A stretch of DNA of 41,872 bases, from the NCBI GenBank assembly GCA_029210805.1, contig JARGGA010000002.1:1-41872 (forward strand). Reading direction: 5' to 3'. The stretch comes from Candidatus Thorarchaeota archaeon (GTDB lineage Archaea; Asgardarchaeota; Thorarchaeia; Thorarchaeales; Thorarchaeaceae). Every line of letters starts with the position of its first letter. Within the stretch, counting starts at the first letter, position 1. The notes under the pieces were generated by a model that was given only the letters and a program-made list of their open reading frames with translations, searched no databases and was not told the origin of the DNA. Both the position numbers and the translations under genes were made by a program. This document shows, piece after piece, positions 8,641-16,375 of the stretch.

Positions 8641-8918
8641 TCATGAGTGTATTGGGCAAATATAGAAAGGATGAAGAACGACGGGATGATGAAGACAAAA
8701 CAACTGACACTTCACCAAAAATAGATACTGTGCCAGTTGCTGTGCCAAATAAAGAAAGAAAGAGTCCAATTATGTCGTTCAGTGTCACAACAGAACTCAG
8801 ATCCTGCCTGAAAGCTGTTAGAAACGAAAAGGCAATTAACTTGAGTATGTGGGTGGAACGCACATTGAGAAATGCTTTGTCAGAAGAATTTCCGGATATT
8901 GCAGAAGCGCATCTTTAA
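8637..8918 (+). CDS. Ribbon-helix-helix (CopG/Arc-like) DNA-binding protein with a charged disordered N-terminus
   Basis: The C-terminal MSFSVTTELRSCLKAVRNEKAINLSMWVERTLRNAL fits a beta-strand/helix/helix RHH pattern. Its start overlaps the ATPase stop in ATGA (8637-8640). Confidence 0.6.
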   Translation: MIMSVLGKYRKDEERRDDEDKTTDTSPKIDTVPVAVPNKERKSPIMSFSVTTELRSCLKAVRNEKAINLSMWVERTLRNALSEEFPDIAEAHL

Positions 8919-8928
8919 AGAGTCATCT

Positions 8929-8946
8929 TGTAATACAATTAATACA
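8929..8946 (+). promoter_or_regulatory. 18-bp motif copy TGTAATACAATTAATACA at a convergent 3' junction
   Basis: Identical 18-mer to 12055-12072. It lies 10 nt after the stop of the RHH gene and 2 nt before the stop of acdA. Confidence 0.6.
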
Positions 8947-8948
8947 AG

Positions 8949-10331
8949 CTAGATTCTTCTGTTGAGCATAGTTGCATATTCTGCGGCTTTTGTCATGCAT
9001 AGAGCTGCAAGAGCCGGATCATCGTAGCAGGGTATTCTATTCATTTCCAGCAAATCCTTCCCGGGTTTTCCAACATCACCTGCAAGCCATACACCTACTA
9101 CTGGTTTATCGGTTGCCGTTATTCTAACACCTTCCAACGTCCCCGCTGCATGTTCTGCTTGAGTCATCCCCGCGAAGGTAGGAACGGCGCATACTACTAG
9201 CAACATATCCACATTGGAGTCTTTCAGAAGAAGTTCAGTCGCGACACGATACTCCCGTCTGCCTCCGCTGGCCAAAACATCGATTGGATTGTTTATGGAT
9301 GCCATTGGTGATAGGACTTGACGTAGATCGTTATATGTTTCTTTTTCGAATTGGGGGATATTGAGACCTAGTTCTGAAGCAGCATCTGTAGCAAGTACTC
9401 CTGCTCCACCTGTATTACTAATAATACCAATATTACATCCTTTAGGTATTGGTTGATAATCAAATATCTTGCAAATTTCAAGCAGAGAATCAAGAGTAGG
9501 TGCAGACACGCATCCTGCTTGTCGCACCATGCCATCGAATACTTCAGTTGATCCGGCAAGTGATCCTGTGTGACTTTGAGTGGCCCGACCACCAATCTCA
9601 CTACGACCACCTTTTAGAACAACGACTGGCTTTTTACGAGACGCACTTTGAAGCGAGTCAAAGAATCCTCTACCATTATCAACTCCTTCTACATAGACAG
9701 CAATTGCTTTAGTTCTCTGATCATCACGGAAGTAATCAAGAACTTCTACAAAACCAACATCAGCAGCATTACCTACACTTGCGAATTTACTAACACCTAT
9801 TCTCTTCGCACGTGTGGTGTAGATGATCATTCCTCCAAGAGCTCCGCTTTGAGAAAGTAGAGCAATATTTCCACGTTCAGGCATCATAGTAAATGTGGCA
9901 TTGAAAAGACGGCTATTAGAAACTCCAACACAGTTAGGTCCAATGATACGAACTCCAGCCTGATTAGCTGCATTCACGAGAGATTCTTCAAGCTTTGCAC
10001 CTTCAGAATCTACCTCACTGAATCCACCAGAAATGACAACTGCATGGCTGGCTCCAGCCCTTTTCACCTCAGCCATTAACCCTGGGCAATATTTGGCAGC
10101 CACAGCTATGACCACCAAGTCAACTGGATTAGGTAAATCACTCAGACTTGGGTATGCCTTCACACCAAGGACATATTCGCTTGATCTGCTTATTGGATAG
10201 ATATCGATTTCCGATGTAAGAAGATTCATCAGAATTGAATTACCAAGTTTTCGATAGTCTGATGATGCACCAACAAGAGCGACTGACTTTGGATTAAAGA
10301 ACAAATCAATGGATGATTCTTGTCTGTTCAT
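8949..10331 (-). CDS. acdA: ADP-forming acetyl-CoA synthetase alpha subunit / CoA-binding succinyl-CoA-synthetase-like protein
   Basis: KSVALVGAS, IIGPNCVG, ALLSQSGALG and the phosphohistidine loop ATQSHTGSLAG. The start is trimmed to the ATG at 10331 (MNRQESS); the track extension to 10403 runs through the motif at 10394. Confidence 0.85.
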   Translation of the reverse strand: MNRQESSIDLFFNPKSVALVGASSDYRKLGNSILMNLLTSEIDIYPISRSSEYVLGVKAYPSLSDLPNPVDLVVIAVAAKYCPGLMAEVKRAGASHAVVISGGFSEVDSEGAKLEESLVNAANQAGVRIIGPNCVGVSNSRLFNATFTMMPERGNIALLSQSGALGGMIIYTTRAKRIGVSKFASVGNAADVGFVEVLDYFRDDQRTKAIAVYVEGVDNGRGFFDSLQSASRKKPVVVLKGGRSEIGGRATQSHTGSLAGSTEVFDGMVRQAGCVSAPTLDSLLEICKIFDYQPIPKGCNIGIISNTGGAGVLATDAASELGLNIPQFEKETYNDLRQVLSPMASINNPIDVLASGGRREYRVATELLLKDSNVDMLLVVCAVPTFAGMTQAEHAAGTLEGVRITATDKPVVGVWLAGDVGKPGKDLLEMNRIPCYDDPALAALCMTKAAEYATMLNRRI

Positions 10332-10393
10332 AGGGTGAAACAAAAACGCATATGATTTATGTCTGCCGTGTTGTACAATTTCTTCCTGATAAT

Positions 10394-10411
10394 TGTAATA
10401 CAAGTATTAAT
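10394..10411 (+). promoter_or_regulatory. Motif copy TGTAATACAAGTATTAAT
   Basis: Exact 9-mer core at 10394-10402, in the 75-nt spacer between the stop of the 10407-11660 gene and the acdA start. Confidence 0.55.
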
Positions 10412-11660
10412 AGGATTTCCAGTTCTCTCTGTAAAACCGCCGCAATGCTGAAGAATTCTTACAGTCTGATGATAGAGTATTCTCTACTATGGCACGAGTT
10501 TCGGGACATCTATATTTTATATTCTTTAGTGATACAAGTGCGGATTCGCGAACCTTTGCAATTCGTGTTGTACAAATGGTATTGATTAGTACGTTTACAA
10601 TTGAAGAGTGATAGTAATTACCAAGTGCTCCAATAGCAGGAGTCACTATCCGAGGATTTTTTTCGTAAGTCATTTCATCCAGTATAATTGCTGATTCAAG
10701 CATGCGGATTGATATATGATCTCTGATTGATGATAGTAACGCACGATACGATTGACTGGATTCGGTAGCTTTGTATTCATCAATCGCACTACGTAGCAAA
10801 TGGTTCAATGTAGGCACTGAGTGTTTGCTGCCAAGTGTACGTAGACCTTCTGTGTTATGATTGATGATGAAGTCAAGTAAGTCTGCATAATGAGGGCTCA
10901 ATGAAGGTTTATCGAATGGATTATTACTCGTTATATCCTTCTTGGACCTCTGCAGCTTATCCTTAATTGTTGGTGATACTTGTATTACTGATAATACCAA
11001 TTCGTACTGTTCCGAGGATATTGTTCGACCAAGAACTCCCAGATTGGCCAGGGCTATACGACCAAGTTCGGTATACCAGAGATCTTCGATTAAAAGTGAA
11101 TTGCGTTGTCGTACCACATCGACTAGAGTAATTATCTGGGTTTGAGCCATTTCTATTGCTATTGCTAAGTTGGTTGGAATTCTATGACCAGAGTTGTATA
11201 CATCGAAAAACAATGTATCTCCATTTGCAACTTGATTTTCAGCAGATTCTGTAACTGTATCCAGAAGGAGTCGTATTGCATCAACACTTGAATCAGCAGA
11301 TATTGTGCCCAAAAGAAGTTCTTCTGTAGGTTCGGGAATCGGTTCTAATCCTGAACAACCAAGAAGTTCGAATACGACCTCTCTGAATTTCAAGGGTTCC
11401 ACCATAACTCGAGGATGAGCATATCCTATAGGAACGGAATATTGTGTTCGGCTGGCACTGATTAGATATTCAATTACTGTTGACCATCCGTCAGTTAATT
11501 CCACATTGGTAGTTATATCACTCAAGTCTTTGATTCGCCTATCACCTATTGCATTAGCAATTTCTTGAATTACAGTTTCTTCTTCTATTTCCTTGATTTT
11601 CTGTTTGCTTGCTTTCATTATTCGATGTAGTGGGTTATCATCACCATTCAATACTATCAC
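10407..11660 (-). CDS. Hypothetical all-alpha (HEAT/ARM-like repeat) protein
   Basis: Long helical ORF with a C-terminal part (PAIGALGNYY...RIAKVRESALVSLKNI) that resembles HEAT repeats. The start is uncertain: GTG at 11660 or ATG at 11618. Confidence 0.55.
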   Translation of the reverse strand: MIVLNGDDNPLHRIMKASKQKIKEIEEETVIQEIANAIGDRRIKDLSDITTNVELTDGWSTVIEYLISASRTQYSVPIGYAHPRVMVEPLKFREVVFELLGCSGLEPIPEPTEELLLGTISADSSVDAIRLLLDTVTESAENQVANGDTLFFDVYNSGHRIPTNLAIAIEMAQTQIITLVDVVRQRNSLLIEDLWYTELGRIALANLGVLGRTISSEQYELVLSVIQVSPTIKDKLQRSKKDITSNNPFDKPSLSPHYADLLDFIINHNTEGLRTLGSKHSVPTLNHLLRSAIDEYKATESSQSYRALLSSIRDHISIRMLESAIILDEMTYEKNPRIVTPAIGALGNYYHSSIVNVLINTICTTRIAKVRESALVSLKNIKYRCPETRAIVENTLSSDCKNSSALRRFYRENWKSY

Positions 11661-11702
11661 AAACTTGCTGTACAGCCAGTTACAGGAAATCGAATAAGAT
11701 TT

Positions 11703-11741
11703 TGTAATTGTATACAGATATTACTTGTATTACAATGTATA
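11703..11741. promoter_or_regulatory. Motif cluster TGTAATTGTATACA...ATATTACTTGTATTACAATGTATAAA
   Basis: Exact 9-mer core at 11726-11734 plus flanking half-sites, just upstream of the 10407-11660 gene. Read on the plus strand it also points into the long spacer. Confidence 0.55.
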
Positions 11742-12029
11742 AACCACAGAAAAAGGGGGAAAAAAGCCGGTTCTAGGATTAGAACTATGTACAATTGTGA
11801 TTGATTATAGTATGAGTGTGTCGTATCAATAGTAAGCGATTGGCTGTGGGATAGGCTTCACATACAACCACAATCGATCACTGTTGCTATCTCTATCTCC
11901 TCAAATGCAATAAACTAGTAGATACAATGGTGATGCAAAGCGGTTGGAAACCAATCCGTGTTGACCGCGATTCGTGTTTGAATGCGACACATTCGTGCTG
12001 CTTTTTAGTTCCTTTTTCTGGAAGCTAGT

Positions 12030-12053
12030 TTCACAATAATGCACTATTCACAA
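12030..12053 (+). promoter_or_regulatory. Bipartite TTCACAATAATG-N4-ATTCACAA element
   Basis: The same bipartite element recurs at 22783-22807 and, in variant form, at 22408-22430. Confidence 0.5.
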
Positions 12054-12054
12054 A

Positions 12055-12072
12055 TGTAATACAATTAATACA
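12055..12072 (+). promoter_or_regulatory. 18-bp motif copy TGTAATACAATTAATACA
   Basis: Identical 18-mer to 8929-8946. It ends 1 nt before the stop codon (12074-12076) of the minus-strand gene. Confidence 0.6.
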
Positions 12073-12073
12073 T

Positions 12074-12631
12074 TTATTCAGATTCGGAATTTGTTCGTTT
12101 TTTTGAGATCTCTGATTTTAGAATCAAGGGAGAAGCCAGTTCATTTAGAGCTTCGTTAATCGATCGCTCTGCCGTTCTATAGCTCTCGATCTCCTCATTG
12201 CTTAGCTCCTCTCTGCCTGCAAGAACCTCTCTAATTCTACGATAGTCACCTATCTTCGATGCAATTTCTTCAAAAGGTCTGAAAACAGCGAAATCGAATA
12301 GGTCAAGATATGCCAGTAGCAGCATAGTATACATACATCGAGTTACATTCCGTCGCGATTGACGTAGAGTTCGATTAAATGAACCTCGAGACACGCCTCT
12401 TGTTCTGCTGGTAGATTTGCTACGAATTGTAGCCTTGTCCTCGTAGGGAACGTGATTACCAAGTTGATCTTCTACCACCAGGTCAATCAGTAGTGTTTCC
12501 AACTGTGCTTTTGTGAGTAATGATTGCTCTAGTAGAATTTTCATAATCGGTTCGTTCATGACTCTGCGTGCCCGTCTTCCTATACTTTTCATATCTCGTG
12601 GGTGCTCTGATTCTTGTAAATCCTCATTCAT
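12074..12631 (-). CDS. Putative DNA-binding protein with a sigma-70 region 4 / DUF134-like helix-turn-helix
   Basis: LTKAQLETLLIDL...RGVSRGSFNRTLRQSRRNV resembles the LT.EE.E..RL...GVSR.T..R.L..AR.K HTH pattern. The rest of the protein is helical. Confidence 0.5.
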   Translation of the reverse strand: MNEDLQESEHPRDMKSIGRRARRVMNEPIMKILLEQSLLTKAQLETLLIDLVVEDQLGNHVPYEDKATIRSKSTSRTRGVSRGSFNRTLRQSRRNVTRCMYTMLLLAYLDLFDFAVFRPFEEIASKIGDYRRIREVLAGREELSNEEIESYRTAERSINEALNELASPLILKSEISKKRTNSESE

Positions 12632-12771
12632 CTATTGTTAACCTCTATAATAGTAATAATGCCCAGAGAGCAACTAGAACGGCTTTTAACACACGTCTTA
12701 CTGGGGTGTCTGGATGGATACACATTTGTATACGAATGAAACAGACGCTTATAGATATAACTTAACGAAAT

Positions 12772-12789
12772 TGTGATACTTGTAGTACA
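12772..12789 (-). promoter_or_regulatory. Degenerate motif copy (plus strand TGTGATACTTGTAGTACA)
   Basis: Two half-sites with the family spacing, 141 nt upstream of the 12631 start and oriented toward it. Confidence 0.4.
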
Positions 12790-12794
12790 TTTCT

Positions 12795-13208
12795 CTAGCT
12801 TGGGAGCGTCCATTCAGCTTCCGGAGATACTTCAACAAATCCAAGAATGAGGTTTCCTCGAATCTCATCAAACTTGTAGACACCGAAAACATATCGTTCT
12901 CGTCCAAGATCCCATTCGAATCTTCCCCTGGCGAGAGTGTGTTGGAAAACATTCCGGCATTGTTTTCGTACTGATGCAAAGAGATTCTTGAATCTCCTAC
13001 GTTGCGAAGGACGAATACCCCAACGTTCGAGAATGAATCTGTTAGCAAGACTATTACTTGAAATCAGTATTGCTCTCTTTTTTCGATTGCTGGCACGTGA
13101 AGAGTCTCTCAGTACATTACGTAAGCAATCGGGTAAATTTGCTAGAATGGAAGGAGTGGTTTCAGGTTCACGAATGAGATAACCCTTGTTTTCTGAAGAC
13201 GGCTGCAA
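12795..13208 (-). CDS. Hypothetical basic protein (137 aa, TTG start)
   Basis: Longest of three overlapping ORFs at this locus. Arg-rich N-half and a beta-rich C-half (RYVFGVYKFDEIRGNLILGFVEV). No family recognised. Confidence 0.4.
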   Translation of the reverse strand: MQPSSENKGYLIREPETTPSILANLPDCLRNVLRDSSRASNRKKRAILISSNSLANRFILERWGIRPSQRRRFKNLFASVRKQCRNVFQHTLARGRFEWDLGRERYVFGVYKFDEIRGNLILGFVEVSPEAEWTLPS

Positions 13209-13260
13209 CTTTAATCATACTTTGATACTGCTGATACCTTAAGAGCACCTACAAATACTT

Positions 13261-13286
13261 TGTAATACACGTACTATATGTGATAC
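13261..13286 (+). promoter_or_regulatory. Motif copy TGTAATACA...TGTGATAC
   Basis: Exact 9-mer at 13261-13269 plus a half-site at 13279-13286, in the divergent spacer upstream of hypF. Confidence 0.55.
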
Positions 13287-13358
13287 GCCGAGATTATGTT
13301 GTCATTTCATTTGATTTAATACCAGCTAGTATTCCGATGCGGTTAGAGGTTCCACTAA

Positions 13359-15725
13359 TTGCAAAAGAGAGCTTCAATTCATGTGAAGGGTATTGTACAA
13401 GGAGTCGGATTCAGGCCTTTTGTATACAGAAAAGCAAAGGAACTCTCTTTGTTAGGTTACGTACTGAACTTGGGAGATGCTGGAGTAAGAATCGTAGTTG
13501 AAGGCGAAGAGAGTCATATTGAAATGTTAATCAATGAAATTCACACTGATCCCCCATCTATATCCAGGATAGATACATTCACACTAGATTGGCAGGAAAC
13601 GCAAGGAGATTTCCAAGAATTCTTAATAACAAAATCATCTACTAAGAGGAGCGAGAATTCGGAACCAGTTATACCTCCCGATATCGCAATGTGTGATGAT
13701 TGCTTACCGGACCTAATGAATCCCAATTCGTGCTGGTATCTCTACCCCTTCACATCATGTGCTGCATGTGGACCACGTTTCTCAACAATCACTGATCTTC
13801 CATATGATAGGCCTAACACTACAATGGCCGATTTTCCTCTATGTGATACGTGTAATACAGGTTATACGAATCCTTTAGATCGCAGATATCACGCCCAAAC
13901 CACTGCGTGTGAAAACTGTGGACCAATCTACAGACTATATGATGCTCACAGAAACGAATTAATTTCCTCGGATACTGTTCAAGAGATTTCCAAGTTGCTT
14001 GAGAAAGGATCAGTAGTAGCTATGCAAGGCATAGCTGGAACCCATCTTGTAACAATCACTTCTGACCCTAGACCTATACGTAAACTCAGAAAGAGAAAGA
14101 AGAGATCTCAACGGCCTTTTGCAATAATGGTACGGTCCTTAGAAGTTGCAAAGGAGTTGTTTGATATTACTCCTGCAGAACTTGCAATGATGAACACTTG
14201 GAGAAGGCCTATTGTACTTGTAAAAAAGAAGAAACTCGATTGTACCAATTTGAGTGTATTAGGTGTAATACCGAAAGAGTCATTGGAAGAAATAGCACCA
14301 GGTTTGGATTCATTGGGTGTCATGCTTCCTTATGCGCCAATACATCATATGCTCTTTCAGTGTCTTGATGAGGCCTCACTGGTAATGACTAGTGCAAATC
14401 CTTCTGGTGTACCCATGTATATTACTTCAGAGAAGATACTATCCTCATTGAACGATATCGCAGATCACTTTCTCCTTCATAATAGAAGAATCCATCAACG
14501 CGCAGACGATTCAGTTGTGAAATTTACTACTGATGACAATCCTGTTTTTATTAGAAGAGCAAGGGGCTATGTACCAGAACCAATACCAACAAATGGGGTT
14601 TCAAAATCAGTCAGACTCCTTGCGGTGGGTCCAGAAGAAAAGTCAACTGTTTCTATTCTGAAATCAGGGATGATTTATCCGTCGCAACATATTGGTGACA
14701 CAAACAACATAGAGAGTATTGAATTTCTTGAGAATGCATACCGTCACTTAATGCGTCTTGTTGGACTCAACGATATTGATGGTATAGCAAGTGACTTACA
14801 TCCTGAATTTCTGAGTACACTTCATGCGGAAACTATTTCCCAAGAAAAGCAGATTCCACTCTTTCGTATTCAGCATCATCATGCTCACCTTGCTTCGATG
14901 CTAGTTGATCATAAAGTGCCACTTGATACAAGTATTGTTTGTATTACAACTGATGGTTTTGGTTATGGACAAGACAAAACTGCATGGGGGGGTGAAGTTT
15001 TAGCTGGGAATGCAAAAGAGTACTTGAACTTAGGAGGATTAGAATCTTATTTACTTCCCGGAGGTGATTTGACTGCTGTCTATGCGGCCAGATCATTAGT
15101 GGGTATGTTGCATAATGATACTGATGAGAAGACCATTCTCAGAATTACCGAAGGTATGCCTGTATCGCACAACGAAGTCATCTCATCAAGTACGCTCAAT
15201 ATGATAAGAGGTGCAATCGATCAGGAGGTCAATGTTGTAAGAAGTTCAAGTGCTGGAAGATTCTTGGATGCATCTGCGGCATTGTTAGGGATTTGTAATG
15301 AGAATACGTATGATGGCGAATGCCCTATGAAACTTGAAGCTGTTGCCAAGAAAGGAACATTGAGTTTGGCAACTAAGATTTTTAGTGATGGAAAGAAACA
15401 GATTCTTGACACATCTGGTATGTTGCATGACTTGGCAAACCTTCACAAGGCAGGTGCACGTAGATCCGAACTGGCCTATGCTGCCCAGTGGTATTTAGGT
15501 GATGCACTGGCACATATTGCAATTAGTATTGCTGAAGAGAGGGACGTAAAGCGGATTGGGTTCTCGGGAGGTGTTGCTCTGAACACTATTATCTCAAAAG
15601 CCATAGTAGAGAGAGTTGAAGTTAATGGAATGAAGCCACTACTGCATAGGACCGTTCCGCCTGGAGACGGAGGCATATCAATCGGTCAGATTGCGGTTGG
15701 AACGGCTTCGATCACTGATATATAA
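13359..15725 (+). CDS. hypF: [NiFe]-hydrogenase maturation carbamoyltransferase HypF
   Basis: Acylphosphatase-like VQGVGFRPFVYR, two zinc-finger pairs (CDDC...CAACGPRF and CDTC...CENCGP), a YrdC-like middle region, and a Kae1-like C-terminus with GGVALN and PPGDGGISIGQ. TTG start with a GAGGT box 9 nt upstream. Confidence 0.93.
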   Translation: MQKRASIHVKGIVQGVGFRPFVYRKAKELSLLGYVLNLGDAGVRIVVEGEESHIEMLINEIHTDPPSISRIDTFTLDWQETQGDFQEFLITKSSTKRSENSEPVIPPDIAMCDDCLPDLMNPNSCWYLYPFTSCAACGPRFSTITDLPYDRPNTTMADFPLCDTCNTGYTNPLDRRYHAQTTACENCGPIYRLYDAHRNELISSDTVQEISKLLEKGSVVAMQGIAGTHLVTITSDPRPIRKLRKRKKRSQRPFAIMVRSLEVAKELFDITPAELAMMNTWRRPIVLVKKKKLDCTNLSVLGVIPKESLEEIAPGLDSLGVMLPYAPIHHMLFQCLDEASLVMTSANPSGVPMYITSEKILSSLNDIADHFLLHNRRIHQRADDSVVKFTTDDNPVFIRRARGYVPEPIPTNGVSKSVRLLAVGPEEKSTVSILKSGMIYPSQHIGDTNNIESIEFLENAYRHLMRLVGLNDIDGIASDLHPEFLSTLHAETISQEKQIPLFRIQHHHAHLASMLVDHKVPLDTSIVCITTDGFGYGQDKTAWGGEVLAGNAKEYLNLGGLESYLLPGGDLTAVYAARSLVGMLHNDTDEKTILRITEGMPVSHNEVISSSTLNMIRGAIDQEVNVVRSSSAGRFLDASAALLGICNENTYDGECPMKLEAVAKKGTLSLATKIFSDGKKQILDTSGMLHDLANLHKAGARRSELAYAAQWYLGDALAHIAISIAEERDVKRIGFSGGVALNTIISKAIVERVEVNGMKPLLHRTVPPGDGGISIGQIAVGTASITDI

Positions 15726-15726
15726 T

Positions 15727-15744
15727 TGTATTAACTGTAATACA
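15727..15744 (-). promoter_or_regulatory. 18-bp motif copy (plus strand TGTATTAACTGTAATACA) at a convergent 3' junction
   Basis: Begins 1 nt after the hypF stop and ends 4 nt before the iorB stop. Confidence 0.6.
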
Positions 15745-15748
15745 TTTA

Positions 15749-16375
15749 CTATTCCTTCATAAACTGGGTAATCATTGCAAAACCAGCTTCAAAGGCACTC
15801 ACATTGATCTCCTCAAATCTGCTTGGAAATGCTTCTCGAACAACCTGTATAGCGGATTCCTTGCGAATAGGCGTGATTTTACTTCCGATTATAGCTCCGA
15901 ACATTACAATATTCATGGATCTACTACTACCAGCTTCTTTTGCAACCTTCATAGCATCGAATTCATGTATGGAGTTAGTAAATTTCCTGATAGCATTTCT
16001 AATCTCATCTTCCGATGGATATTCTGCTTTGCCCATTGATACGGCTACAGGATACTGTACATGTGAGTTCATAATGGCGATACCATCTTTTCTGATGAGG
16101 TGTATCTCTCTGAGAGTTTCAACTGGTTCGAATCCTATAACTAAATGAGCTGTACCTGAATCCACAATGGGACCTTTTGCTTTCTCGCCAATCCGTACAG
16201 TGCATACTACATGGCCACCTCGTTGTGCCATACCATGAATTTCCCCAACACGAACATTGTGTGAATCAAGCAAAGCAGCTTTAGCCAAAATCTCTGCAAG
16301 AGTTAGAACTCCTTGTCCTCCTACTCCAGCAATTGCAATGTTAATGACATCCGTATTATTTGTAATACCAACCAT
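15749..16375 (-). CDS. iorB: Indolepyruvate:ferredoxin oxidoreductase beta subunit
   Basis: IAGVGGQGVLT and EIHGMAQRGG, about 200 aa, placed immediately after iorA. Confidence 0.9.
   Translation of the reverse strand: MVGITNNTDVINIAIAGVGGQGVLTLAEILAKAALLDSHNVRVGEIHGMAQRGGHVVCTVRIGEKAKGPIVDSGTAHLVIGFEPVETLREIHLIRKDGIAIMNSHVQYPVAVSMGKAEYPSEDEIRNAIRKFTNSIHEFDAMKVAKEAGSSRSMNIVMFGAIIGSKITPIRKESAIQVVREAFPSRFEEINVSAFEAGFAMITQFMKE

Noticed and set aside
11925-12005. Possible C/D-box sRNA (GTGATGC ... CTGC) in the long spacer
   Set aside because: The box sequences deviate from RUGAUGA/CUGA, and the spacing between the putative C and D' boxes (about 25 nt) does not fit the archaeal layout of about 12 nt.
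12749-13048. 99-aa alternative minus-strand ORF and the 81-aa plus-strand ORF (12937-13182) overlapping the 137-aa ORF
   Set aside because: Only one can be real, so I kept the longest, which has a plausible beta-rich C-terminal half. Confidence in any of them is low.
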